NCBI GenBank assembly: GCA_964016885.1
Contig: OZ024740.1
Coordinates: forward strand, 419,802,001-419,866,000
Source of the DNA: Eledone cirrhosa
Lineage: Eukaryota
Reading direction: 5' to 3'
DNA length: 64,000 nt
A model generated the notes under the pieces. That model ran no database searches. It saw only the letters and a program-made list of their open reading frames with translations, and was not told where the DNA came from. Shown piece after piece: positions 1-12,990 of this stretch (positions within the stretch are counted from its first letter, which is position 1; each line of letters opens with the position of its first letter). The position numbers were made by a program, and so were the translations under genes.

Positions 1-984
1 GTCATAAAATAGATAATGTGTGTGTTTGTCAAAGACGTAAATTACATCATTTTATTCAGTAATGATGTCATAAAATATATTATTGGTTTACATGTCAAGT
101 ATATCATTGAGAAACATCAATATTTATCCAGTTCTTCATATCGATATCATAAACCAGATCATTTGTATATTTCTTTTGTGATATCGTGAACTAGGCTATT
201 TGTTTATTCATTAACATCTTATTATATATTAGCTGTTTGTTAATGTCATAGAATGTAACATTGGTTTATTTCTGCCTTCGTTAGTATATGTATTAATGAT
301 GTTGTTAACGAGGCTCTTAGATTCATTACTGGTTTACTCTTTAATGATATCCTAAAATACCTCATTAGGTTGTTCAACTTTTTTTGCAATTAATAATTAC
401 TCTCTCAGTTCAATGTATTTTTCTAATGTTTAGTTAAGCTCCTACCAACATGTTTAATGTGGTGAACATCAAACATCTACTTAATCTATTTGATATTTAC
501 TTTCACTCTATATTCATCTCATTTCTCTTTATTCCCTACATGTTCTCATAGCTTATATTTCCTTATCATGTAACCATCAAAAGCTCCTTAAATTTGATAT
601 ACCTTGGAAGGATATTAAGCTATCACTGCTTTCCCAACTTCATTAGCAAACTCATTAGTGTAAAGAGTTGTTTTTCTTTTAGAAATTTCTGTTTTATATT
701 AGCATTGTAAAGCTGTTACTACATAAATCATAAGCTAAACAGCTTGTTAGTGCTATGTTTACTTGGCGATTTTAACCCTTTAGCATTTACATTACTCTAT
801 ATTTACTATTGTATTTTTGTGGTAAAAGCTTTATTACATAATTATCTCACATGATATTTAATCTATGAGATTTTGATATTATTTATTTTGAGAACAATAC
901 CTTAACATCAGTATTAGTGGCCAGTTGCAGCTGGTTTGAAAAGAAAGAGGTGAGAGAATTCTGGTCATTGTGAAAATTTTCAAT

Positions 985-1275
985 CATCATCATCGTTTAA
1001 TATCTGCTTTCCCTGCTAGCAAGGGTTGGACGGGTCTACATAGACCAAGTCAGTACTGAAATGAGGTTACTGACCTCCCAGACAGGCTGAGGGTTTGTAT
1101 CCTGTTTACATACAATCATATCAAGTGCAGAGGAGAAGCTGTCATGTCTTTTGACACAAATTGAAGGGTCCTCCCAACCCCTTGTTTGGCGAGTTTTCTA
1201 CAGCTGGATGCCCTTTCTAACACCAACCACTTTACAACATGTGCTGGGTGCTTTTATTGTGTAGACCACCAGTAC
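985..1275 (-). mobile_element. Degenerate RTE-related 3' end / SINE tail
   Basis: (CAT)n + cgtttaatatc..gctagcaaggg terminus and ctggatgccc..aacaccaacc motif, shared with the 3' UTR of the RTE at 57969-58320. Confidence 0.6.
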
Positions 1276-1717
1276 TAGGGAGGCAATAGGGGCAGGAGAT
1301 AGGTATGAAGTTATAGGTATATGTGGGGATTTGGCAGAGCAATGAGTAAAGGATAGGGGTGGCTGATTTGTGTATGGGGATGTATGGTTTGAGGGATGTG
1401 GTCAACATGGTGAGGGTGGAGGCATGGTGGATAGATAGGTTGGGGTAGCTACTTATTGTAAAGAGAGAGAGAGGGTGTACTGGTGTGGAGGATGTGGTAG
1501 ATGGGGAGGGGGTCAAGAGAAGATTAGTAAAGGGATAGTGATGGGGGTAAGGCTGGTAGTGGGGAAGATGAACAAGTATTAGAGTAAAAATGTTCCTTTT
1601 TTTAATGTAACACAGTTAGTGTGCTTTTTTGTGCTTTTCAAGAATGTCTTGCTAATGCGGTTTCATGTGGTAGAGGACACTAAGAATTAAACTCCAGACG
1701 CTAAGAATTAAACTCCA

Positions 1718-2060
1718 GGAGGCACATGGCTTAGTGGTTAGAGCATTGGCTTTGCAATCGAAAGGTTGTGAGTTCAATTCTCAGACCGGATGATGTGTTG
1801 TTTCCTTGAGCAAGACACTTTATTTCACATTGCTCCAGTTTACTCAGCTGTAGAAATGAGATGATAGGGACTGGGGTCCCTATAATTCCACTGCAAAGTG
1901 GTCGTGGAGGTGCCACGGCAAAAAGCACCCAGCACTCACTGTAAATGAGGTTGGTGTTAGGAAGGGCATCCAGCTGTAGAAATCAAGCCAGAATCAGTTC
2001 CCGTCCCACCCTTGCAAGCAGGGAAAAGCGGAAGTAAAATAAAATGATGATGATGATGAT
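1718..2060 (+). mobile_element. Full-length tRNA-derived CORE-type SINE with RTE-derived tail
   Basis: A box tggcttagtggtt, B box gagttcaattc, CORE-like ccttgagcaagacacttt..cagtttactcagctgtagaaatg, RTE-like ggttggtgttaggaagggcatccagc, ends in (GAT)n. Confidence 0.8.
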
Positions 2061-2424
2061 GTTGATAAATACAGCTGAGTCAAGCTGATGTTAGCAGAAA
2101 CTTGGAAACTTATATGTCACCTGTGTTGCATTGTACCCCTCTCAGCTAGGTCAGTGAGGTTATTAGGTTTGTTGTTGTTTAGTTCAAATAAGCCCTGAAC
2201 TGTAACCATCCCATCTTTTTATCTATCAAAGAGTAGGATCAAGACCATGTTACCCAGTGTCCTTCCTCTTTTAGTTGGAAGGATGTGATACAAAGCAGAT
2301 TTGGCTACTATTTCTAGCAGATTGAGCAATTATTTAAAAACTTTCTAGTTGGCCCATGGCTAATAAGGGTGTATCACTGGTGCATACAGGCCATCAAACC
2401 ATTGGGTGGTACACAACAATTATA

Positions 2425-2685
2425 ATAATAATAATGAAATTATTGTGTACAATGCTCAGGATGCACTAAAACTCATCAAAGGTGCATGTATAGTACATAG
2501 AATAATATACAAATGTCAGGGAAGTGAACAGTGTATGAGTCATGATATACATGTGTGTGTGTGTGTGTGTGGAGGGGGAATATTAGGTGTAGTGTTGGTG
2601 AATCTCAGGAAGCATGGAGGTTTTAAAGGATGCAGTGTCTCGACAGCTAACAACTGATGCAGGTAGTTTGTTCCATGCTTCAGCA
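2425..2685 (-). mobile_element. 3' end fragment of CR1-like LINE
   Basis: (ATT)n tail and sequence matching 5158-5550 and 56691-56903. Confidence 0.65.
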
Positions 2686-3089
2686 TGTATAAACTAAGAT
2701 ATATTCTATTAGCTTATATATAGTATGTGTAATGAAACACTGATATAAGAGGTCACACTCCTCAGTTATTTGTGTCTGTCTTTCCGTGAAACAAGTGTCA
2801 CAATTAAAAAAAAAATTTAGGCTCTTTCTCTAAAGATGCTTATCGAAGTGACATTCCAAATAAGTATCCTCCACCACCAACTAACTTACCCTTCACCTCT
2901 GGGTCCCAGGCAATAGGATGGAGAATGCATTGCCCTGGAGGGCAGCAAGGGAGACACGCTGAAACAGCCACTCCACCTCGTAAAATCTTTCCATGACTTA
3001 CAACCTTCTACACACTGTTAATGTTAAATATACATTGAGATATTTTCTCAGTTGTTTAATTCCTCACTAAATCCACTATCTACTCTTAC

Positions 3090-3870
3090 TTTACTGGTAG
3101 CACCTCTGTACATGGTTTATACTGCTTTCATGAGTCACTCATCTACACTTAATTTCCTTAACCCTTTAGCATTTACATTACTCTATATATATACTATTAT
3201 ATTTTTGTGAGGAAGGCTTTATCTGACATAATTATCTCATAATATCGAAGCTACGAGATTTTGATGTTATTTATTTTGAGAATAATACCTTAAAGTCACT
3301 ATGAGGGGCCAGTTAGGGCTGGTTTGAACAGAAAGAGGTGAGAGAATTCTGGCCAGATATGACCGGTTTAAATGCTAAAGGGTTAAAGACCAGATGACAG
3401 AATCAAGTGCTCTGTTAAAGGCTTTTTCCAAATTTACAGAAGCTAGATATAGTGGCTAACACTTAGCTACAAATTTCTCTTGTAGTTGTTTCACTAAGAA
3501 GAATGCATCTATGGTGCTGCTTCCTGACCCCATACCAAACCACACCTCATCTAATTTGACCCTTTCCCCAATTAGTTGTACTAACATCCTTTCAGTCTCT
3601 TTTATAACTTGAACAATCAAATTTATGTCTCTGTAATTACTCCTTTTCCCTTGTAACAATTAATGTGTATGCTGCTATGTCAGTCATTGTGAATGGCACC
3701 ATCACATATTACCTGATTGATTGTGTCAGTGACTAATTTCACTCCTACTTCCCTAGTTGATTTCAGTATTTCAGCAACTAGCTCCAACAGTCTAGCAGCT
3801 TTGTCATTTTTCATCTCCCTGATAACTTCTTTGATCTTATAGTTGTCTAGTTTGATAGCTGGTCCCTCTC
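3090..3870 (-). mobile_element. Degenerate RTE LINE reverse-transcriptase fragment, interrupted by a MITE
   Basis: Translates to decayed RSNYRDINLI..QLIGERVKLDE..STIDAFFLVKQLQEKF, homologous to the ORF at 58319-61345. Confidence 0.8.
3158..3386. mobile_element. piggyBac-like MITE (TTAA target, TIR CCCTTTAGCATTTA)
   Basis: TTAA-CCCTTTAGCATTTA...TAAATGCTAAAGGG-TTAA; removing it restores the flanking RTE sequence. Related copies at ~772-965, 4514-4736, 8294-8521, 31816-32227, 45234-45437, 51673-51897, 52062-52276, 55331-55530. Confidence 0.8.
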
Positions 3871-4734
3871 TTCAGTCTTCCTTCTACTAATCTCCAGCGA
3901 GAGAGATAGATAGACAGATAGACAGGCAGCACTATTGGCAGAGAACACTAATTTCTGGCATAAACGAAAACATTTTAGAACATCCCCCCCCCTCTTTTTT
4001 TTATTTGTCTTATTTTTAACAGTGTTCTGTGAATTCTAAATGAAAAATTTAGAACATCTTTGACTGATTGTAGTGTTTATGTGTGTGGATGTCAGCCAAA
4101 AAAGAAGCTGTACAGTTAATATAATGTAAGCATGGAAAAAGGGGACATAAAAAGCATGTTGATGATGATGGTGGTGGTGGTGGTGGTGTTGTTGGTGATA
4201 AGATGGCAATTACTTGTGTTCAGTGATCTACCAGTTATTTCTCTCTAACTCCCTGTTATCTAATATAGCTCTATCTTATTCAAATTTTATATAACTATTC
4301 ATATTTTACTAAAAATCTCCAAATTATTCTTTATGGAAATAATTCTGTTGTATACAATATATTATCACTAATTTTCTGGCAGGAATTTTCTCAACATTAT
4401 TATTACAACACAAAATCAAATTATTGTATTTAAATTTAGATATTTGCTGAGCAAGTGGGTGTTCATCAATGCTCAGTCCTCAGCCACCTCTGATTTATTA
4501 TAATACAGGTTATCCTTTAGCATTTAAACTGGCTGTATCTGGTCAGAATTCTCTCACCTCTTTCTGTTCAAACTGGTCGTAACTGGCCACTCATACTGAT
4601 GTTAAGGTATTGTTCTCAAAATAAATAACATAAAAATCTCGTAGATTCGATATTATGTGAGATAATTATGTAAGATAAAGCCTTTCCCACAAAACACAAT
4701 AGTTTATATAGAGTAATGTAAATGCTAAAGTGTT

Positions 4735-5156
4735 AATGGACTGTATCATCTAACAATACTAAGTACCAGTAATATACAGGGTAGATATAATGGACTGTAG
4801 TATCTAACAATACTAAGTACCAGTAATATACAGGGTAGATATAATGGACTGTATCATCTAACAATACTAAGTACCAGTAATATACAGGGTAGATATAATG
4901 GACTGTAGTATCTAACAATACTAAGTACCAGTAATATACAGGGTAGATATAATGGACTATATCATCTAACAGAAGTACCAGTAATATACAGGGTAGATAT
5001 AATGGACTGTAGTATCTAACAATACTAAGTACCAGTAATATACAGGGTAGATATAATGAACTATATCATCTAACAGAAGTACCAGTAATATACAGGGTAC
5101 ATATAATGGACTATATCATCTAACAGAAGTACCAGTAATATATGGAGTAGATATAA
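4735..5156. repeat. Minisatellite, ~54-bp unit, ~8 copies
   Basis: Repeated atggactgtagtatctaacaatactaagtaccagtaatatacagggtagatata; one further unit at ~5985-6040. Confidence 0.9.
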
Positions 5157-5157
5157 T

Positions 5158-5985
5158 AATAATGAAATTGTGTACAGTGCTCAGGTGCACTAAAACTCAT
5201 CAAATGTACATAGAATAATGTACAAATATCAGGAAAATGAACAGTGTATAAGTCATGATATACATGTGTGCGTGTGTATGGAGGGGGAATATTAGGTGTT
5301 GTGTTGGTGAATTTCAGGAAACATGGAAGTGTAGGTGTCACGATAAAAAGCACCCAATTCACACTGTAAATGTGGTTGGTGTTAGGAAGGGCATCCATAC
5401 ATAGAAAACCTGAAAACCTGCCAGATACAGTCCTATATGAGTGAGACACGGTCACCCAAGTGGGACAATTCCTCTTTAACCCATGCTAGCGTGGAAGATG
5501 CAGTGTCTCGACAGCTAACAACTGATGCAGGTAGTTTGTTCCATGCTTCAGTAACTCTGAGTGTGAAAAAATGTTTCCAAAAGTCATGGGAGCTGTGCTG
5601 TTTTCTGGCTTTGTAGACATGTCCACGGGTGTTAGACATATGGAGGTCATAAAGGTGCTCAGGGTTGGCAAAATGGTTAATGATTTTGTGGGTGTTTACC
5701 AAGTCAGTTGCCAGACGTCAGAGCTTCAATGCCCAGGGAAGCAAGGCACTCAGAGTATGGTAGATGCCTGATGGAGGGTATTTGCTTGGTTGCACGTCTT
5801 TCCAGAAGGTCAATGTTCTGTGCAAGATAGGGGTTCCAGACTGGTGATGCAAATTCTAAGTGTGGCCGCACCATAGCTATATACAGCTTTAAATAGATAG
5901 CTGGAGAGCGGCTAACAAAGGTCTTGCTGAGTGATGTCAAGACACCCTCGGCTTTCTTGACAATTTTAGAGATGTGCTTTGTCCA
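5158..5985 (-). mobile_element. 5'-truncated CR1-like LINE (ORF2 C-terminus and 3' UTR) with a nested SINE/RTE-tail fragment at ~5328-5497
   Basis: LYIAMVRPHLEFASPVWNPY, TRGHVYK and FFTLRVTEAWNKLP motifs typical of the CR1-group ORF2 C-terminus; (ATT)n tail. Confidence 0.8.
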
Positions 5986-6543
5986 ACAGAAGTACCAATA
6001 ATATATGGGGTAGATTTAATGGACTATATCATCATCCAACAATAAGAATTGTTAAAAAGAAATCAAGTAAGTATAAATCAGGATCTATTAAATATTTGTT
6101 TTCTGTATAAAGTAAGATATCTTATAATCTGATGTGTATACTGCCACAGGCTTCTGCAGAAGAGCTAATGTAGGAACAATAAAGCCAAGTAAAAACCTGT
6201 AACAAACTTTTACACAATATGTTGATGTTATCACTGTATTATCTTCTTTTGTATTACTGAATAATGACATTCAGCAAATATCTAAATTTGATTTTTTTTA
6301 ATACAATAATTTGATTTTGTATTGTGATAATGTTAAGAAAATTCCTGCTAGAAAATTAGTGATAATATATTGTATACAACAGAATTATTCCCATAAAGAG
6401 TAATTTGGAGATATTTTAGTAAAATATGAATAGTTATATAAAATTTGAATAACAGGAATTGTGAATAAGATGGAGATAAATAGATGACAGGGAATTAGAG
6501 AGAAATAACTGGTAGATTACTGAACACAAAGTAATTGCCATCT

Positions 6544-6709
6544 TATCATCATCATCCTCATCATCATTATCATCATCGTCGTCATCATCACCATTGTCAT
6601 CATCACCACTACCACCATCATCATCGTCTCCACCATCATCACCACCACCACCACCATCATCATTACCACCTCCATCATAATCATCATCACCACCATCACC
6701 ACCACCACC

Positions 6710-6743
<34 letters not shown>

Positions 6744-7002
6744 TTACCACCACCACCATCATCATTACCACCACCATCATAATCATCACCACCACCACCA
6801 TCATCATCATCATCACCATCATCATCACCATCACCATCATCACCACCACCATCATCACTACTACCAACACCATCACCACCACCATCATCATCACCACTAC
6901 CACCACCACCATCATCGCCACCACCATCATCATCATCATCACCACTACCACCACCATCACTACCATCATCGCCATCGCCACCACCATCGCCACCACCATC
7001 AT

Positions 7003-7034
<32 letters not shown>

Positions 7035-7221
7035 TCACCACCACCATCATCATCATCATCATCATCATCATCACCACCACCGTCATCATCATCACCATCA
7101 TCATCATCACCACCACCATCGCCACCACCATCATCACCATCACCACTATCATCATCATCATCATCACCACCACCACCACCACCACCACCATCACCACCAC
7201 CACCACCTCCATCATCATCAA
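6544..7221. repeat. Compound (CAT/CAC)n trinucleotide microsatellite
   Basis: Direct reading. Confidence 0.95.
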
Positions 7222-7947
7222 CATGTTGTTTATGCCCCCTTTTCCATGCTTACATTATATTAACTGTACAACCCCCTTTTTTTGGCTGACTGCCATACAC
7301 GTGAACAATCAGTCAAAGATGTTCTAAATATTTCATTTAGAATTCAGATCAGTACTATAACTATGATGAGGTATATTAAGATGGTCAACAGAAGGTCTTT
7401 AAGGAAATTAGGTGTAGATGAGTGGCTCATTAAAGTAGTGTAGGCCATGCACAGAGGCGCCACCACTAAATAACCTACTCTTACATTACTGCTAGCATCT
7501 CTATACATGGCTTATACTGCTTTCATGAGCCACCCATCTACACCTAATTTCTTTAACCCTTTTGTTACCAGCCTGGCCAAAACCAGTTCTGGTTCTATGA
7601 AATAAAACCACCTATTTTAAAGGTTTCCAATTTAACAGTCTGTCACAGCATCAAGGGTAGTAATTAAACTTGTTAAAAAATGTTAAGTGTTGGAATGACA
7701 GCAGTACTATCAGTATTTATTATAAGTTATTCATAAATCTTTAATCTTCACAGCTCTATCTTAAATAGACTTTTTGTAGATATCTCCTATAATATATTCT
7801 ATTTCTTTGTCTTTGTTAACCCTTTACCAACCCAGCCAAAACTGGCTCTAGTTCTACAAAACAAAACCACCCATTTTAAAGGATTCCCATTTAAATTAAA
7901 ATAAAATCTAAACTGAAGTGTTGATAGACTGTAGTTCAGTGATTGAA

Positions 7948-9060
7948 ATAATTGTTTCTACTATTGGCACAAGGCCAGCAATTATCCCAGTGTATTACTG
8001 GTACTTTATTTTATCGACCCTGTAAGGATGAAAGGCAAAGTTAACCTTAGTGGGATTTGAACTCACACTGTAAAGGGACGTAACTCGATGCTGCAAAGCA
8101 TGGTGTCCGACCTTCTATCAATACTGCCAATCCCCTTGAAATAATATTGATTTCTTTGGTGAGGCCGAGGTTCGTTTCTATGCATGAGTAATAAATCTGT
8201 TTCATTGAACAAACATCAGTATATTACTGGTATTGGTTTTATCAACCCCAGAAGGAGTCTCAGAACAGTTTGGTACTGAACTAGGTGTTGTATTAACCCT
8301 TTAACATTTACATTACTCTATATTTACTATTATATTTTCATGGTAAAGGCTTTATCTCATTTAATTATCTCATATAATATCGAATCTATGAGATTTTGAT
8401 GTAATTTATTTTGAGAACAATACCTTAACATAAATATGAATAGCCGGTTATGGCCGGTTTGAACAGAAAGAAGTGAGAGAATTCTGGCTGGATACAGCTG
8501 GTTTAAATGCTAAAGGGTTAAACCATCTTCGTTGGTCTAGTTTAACCCTTTTGACACCAAACTACCTGAAACCAGTCTTCTTTATACATTACAAAAGTGT
8601 TTATTTTAAAGTATTTATATTTATCTAAAAAAAAACTTCCACAATAGTTTTATATAGGAACCTTTGATAAGTTATGTTCCAAACACAACTTAATCACGAG
8701 AAACTTAGTTATATTATTATATCCTTCCAAATCTTGAAATTTACGGTGTGAGTTCAAATCCCACCAAGGTTAACTTTGCCTTTCATCCTTACTGGGTTGA
8801 TAAAATAATGCACCAGTAATGTACTGGGTAATTGCTGGCCTTGTGCCTAAAGTAGAAACAATTATTACATAAATGATTGGCAGAATCGGTAGAGAGTCGG
8901 ACACCATGCTTTGAAGCATAGAGTTACGTCCCTTTATGATCTGAGTTCAAATCCCGCCGAGGTTAACTTTGCCTTTCATCCTTACGGGTTCAATAAAATA
9001 AAGTACCAGTAATGTACTGGGTAATTGTTGGCCTTGTGCCTAAAATAGAAACAATTATTA
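7948..9060. mobile_element. Cluster of a second tRNA-SINE family (central gttaactttgcctttcatcct..gataaaataaagtaccag)
   Basis: B box gagttcaaatccc plus shared central block; copies at ~7948-8135 (-), ~8745-8868 (+), ~8878-9060 (+). Same family at ~37835-37960, 45470-46150, 49815-50300, 56498-56690, 63820-63940. Confidence 0.75.
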
Positions 9061-9584
9061 CATAAATGTATCATAATACCATTAATTATCACTGCCATAA
9101 GTTATATAATTAATTTCATAATTCTTTAAATACAATGGTTTTAATGATAGTGTCTTCCTTGAAGATCATTAATTTCCTAGTCCTAGAAAATATTTCTTAT
9201 TAGAGTTTTGACCCCATCTTTTATTGTCATAGAATAATATAACTGAAAACAGAGTAAATTATTATAGGTTCTGTCTAGCAGACAATAATTGGACATGGGT
9301 TAAATAATTGATGATTTGAACAAAAAAATTTAGTTTAAAAAAAATTAGTCTTTAGCTTCCTCTCCTCCTTACTATGCCTACAATCACCACCACTTCCATT
9401 AATTAATATCTTTACTGATAACACCTACTGTTTTTCTTAGTGTATCACATGCACATGATTATATGTCAGTAAATAGCGTTCTCTTTCTTCTTCCTCTCAC
9501 CACTTTCCCTCTGATTAATTCTCTTCTTTCTCTCTCTTCCTCCAACCCTGTAACATATGTACATACATATACATATTAATATCT

Positions 9585-9760
9585 TCTATATATATAAAAG
9601 TGAGGATGTGTGTGTGTCTGTGTACAACTTTGGATACCTAAGGCTTTTACAATTACCAACCGAATTTGACCAAATTTTCTGTGCACGTTGCACAGGTTGC
9701 TAAGATGGTTACATCACAAAAATTTTTCAAATCGACCCACGTTGAGCAATAAAAAATCGA
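9585..9760 (+). mobile_element. 5' part of a non-autonomous Helitron-like element
   Basis: tctatatatataaaagtgaggatgtgtgtgtgtctg..ccaaccgaattt, resembling the 5' end of 13249-14188. Confidence 0.55.
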
Positions 9761-10127
9761 TATCAAAATTGATGTAAGGGAGATAACCAACTTTATTGAC
9801 AATCCTTATAAAAAAGGGAGATAACCACTTTATTGACAGAAATATAAACATCAGATTCATTTGAAGGTAAATCACTAATATTATCGTTTGTTTCTTGTTT
9901 ATTCTTTGTTGCATTTCATTGTTATAGATAAAATTGAAAATAAGATAGTGAGATACTTAATAATTAACTCAATTCTCAGCATTGTAAATATATTTTATAC
10001 AGAAGTATGCCTTTCATATTTAAAAGATTCTTTTAAGGGAAAGAAAAACTCCAGGAAAGACAGAATTTAAAAATAAAATTAATGCTTGAAATGTGAAACT
10101 ATTGGTTGAGAACCAGAAAATATATAT

Positions 10128-10995
10128 CTTATATCCTCAAATGTATACCATACATCCTCAAATATATACCATACATCCTCAAATATATATCATATATCCT
10201 CAAATATATACCATATATCCTCAAATATATATACCATATATCCTCAAATATATATTGTATATCCTCAAAATTATATATCCTCAAATATATATCATATATC
10301 CTCAAATATATATTGTATATCCTCAAATATATATTGTATATCCTCAAATATATATCGTATATCCTCAAATATATATCATATATCCTCAAATATATACCAT
10401 ATATCCTCAAATATATATTGTATATCCTCAAATATATACCATATATCCTCAAATATATACCATATATCCTCAAATATATATCATATATCCTCAAATATAT
10501 ATCCTCAAATATATATTGTATATCCTCAAATATATATTGTATATCCTCAAATATATATTATATATCCTCAAATATATACCGTATATCCTCAAATATATAC
10601 CATATATCCTCAAATATATATTGTATATCCTCAAATATATACCGTATATCCTCAAATATATATCATATATCCTCAAATATATATCATATATCCTCAAATA
10701 TATATCATATATCCTCAAATATATATTGTATATCCTCAAATATATACCATATATCCTCAAATATATATCATATATCCTCAAATATATATCATATATCCTC
10801 AAATATATATCATATATCCTCAAATATATATTGTATATCCTCAAATATATATTGTATATCCTCAAAAATATATTGTATATCCTCAAATATGTATCGTATA
10901 TCCTCAAATATATGTGGTATATCCTCAAATATATATGGTATATCCTCAAATATATATGGTATATCCTCAAATATATACCGTTTCTCCTCAAATAT
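10128..10995. repeat. Minisatellite, 21-bp unit (ATATCCTCAAATATATAYYRT), ~40 copies
   Basis: Direct reading; source of the spurious YILK/YPQI ORFs. Confidence 0.95.
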
Positions 10996-12198
10996 AAGCC
11001 AACCCCCTCTTTTATGCCTGAGAAATAGGCTAAAAACCAAACCCTGTGTATAAGATGTGCCAGCTAACCAACACATTATGTTTAGATGGTGTAGTTTTTA
11101 AATTCTCTCGATTGGAGAATATATTTATGAAGTTTTAATATTTTGATATTTAAACTGTTTTAAATGTTGTTAGTATAGGTTTTGTTTCACAACTCTATTA
11201 TGTAATGATTTTTTACCATTTCATCCGTTTTATAAAATTTCAACAAGTTTCTCAAATTTTTGTTTACTTCCAACCATTCACATGCTTTTTTTTTTTTTTA
11301 TCAGGCACCATTTCTTGAATGTAACAGATTTTTTATTTAATATTCATATCAAATGCAATGCATGCCTTAAAACACTTGGAAACCATTAAATGCTGTAGAA
11401 GTATTAAAGCTTTAGGTAGATTTTTACAAATATACTCATCTCTTGCCAGTATACCCCCTCACTCAGTTCACTAAAAACATTAATAATTTCCAGCCATTTT
11501 GAAGGCCATATTCATTCAAAATGCATAAAAAACTAGGAAAAACAAATTTCACCTCCATATTGAAACCTGTGTAATATTCACCTGATAACTTAATGGCTGT
11601 CCTCAACCCTGCTGTTAACTAAAAAACAAATAATTTCTGATGGTTTTAAAAGCTAGGTTCATTCAAAAGATATCAAAAGCCATAGGAAAAACACAAATTT
11701 CACCTCCAATGCAAGACAGAAACAGTTATAAAAATTTATCAAGCTTTATATAGCAAACTTGATACACATAATACAATAGGAAAATAATTCAGATATTTTA
11801 ACACCTTATTTATGAAGTTGGTGAAAATCAGCAAAATATTGACCTCAAATATAAGGTTTGGATGAAAAGTTTATAAGCTGACCAAGATACTCTCAGGAAT
11901 TGAAATTAATGCATGCAATATTTCACAGCTGTAGCATCACTCCTTCATAGACTAACCAAGATACTCTCATGGAATGATCAAATGAGGTGTATTTTTTAAC
12001 ATAGTCTCTGGAAAGAAACAATACAGTTATTATAAGAAAAGTTGAAATTAATGCATGCAAGATTTCACAAATCTAGCATCACTTCTTCATAGGTTCCCTA
12101 TAAAATGTTCAGCCAACCCTTGTATAAGCCAACATTCATTTTACCATCGATTTGTTTTTGTCACATATTCCTCAGCTTATATATGAGTATATACTGTA
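10976..12198. mobile_element. Decayed pogo/Tigger-like (Tc1-mariner superfamily) non-autonomous element
   Basis: Left end taccg..ctcaaatataagccaacc and right end gcttatatatgagtatatactgta are imperfect inverted repeats with TA ends; internal tataagccaac sub-repeat. Confidence 0.55.
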
Positions 12199-12990
12199 AT
12201 TTCTTTTGAAATTGTAATTTTTTTTTTTTTTTCTGAAGCCATTTTCTTGAGATGGTGTAAGTTGCACCGAGGTAATACTGAAGGTACAGTAGTCTTGGAA
12301 AACATCTTTGAAATCTATATTGTCACACCTACCTTCATTGTTGTTTTATCTGTTACTTTTATCTTAACATCAAGAAGTAAACAGTCTTAACTAGGCAATA
12401 TAATCAATGAAATAATCTATTGATAATATTAATCTGCCATTGGTAAAGTTTCAACATAATTTAATCCTTTGAACCCAGAAAGCATCATATAGTTGGAATT
12501 GGATGTGTAGTCTTGGTGAAGGAGATACAGTACTACACCCCATTAAGCTGTGTATTCTTTAAAAACAACAACAAAATCAGTAATATATATAATGTATGTA
12601 AGCTTAATTCTCAGACTTTAAGTGTTGAGAATATATATATATATAGTCACGCAGTAATACAGAAGATCCAACTCCCCACAGGTACAAGCCATGGAAGAAC
12701 GGACGTAAAACGATGATGATGATGATGATATATATCGTATTCTACCTGGTTGTTGTGAGGCTGAAGAAGATGGTCGATGGAACAGGAATTTCCAGATTAG
12801 AAATAGGTAATAACCTAACCACTACCATGTTAGTCGTTACATCAATCAACCCTCGGAAACGATAATCAACCCTCGGAAACGATTGTAAAACAATGAACTA
12901 ATTGACTACCTACCTCTGACTTCTATCTTTGTGTCATTGTTCTATACACACACACACAGACATATATATATATATATATGTATATATATA

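Noticed and set aside
1718-1790. tRNA genes (also 18114, 29024, 31852, 53090)
   Set aside because: A/B boxes run straight into CORE and LINE-tail sequence with no proper acceptor stem; these are SINE heads
6517-7263. Poly-His and poly-Met/Val ORFs
   Set aside because: Translation of a (CAT/CAC)n microsatellite; the paralogous inverted arm has only ~40 bp of repeat
7683-7900. Conserved non-coding element shared with 55113-55330
   Set aside because: Adjoins piggyBac-like ends in both places; more simply a dispersed repeat
10093-11076. Long YPQI/YILK repeat ORFs
   Set aside because: 21-bp minisatellite is open in several frames; no splice or domain evidence
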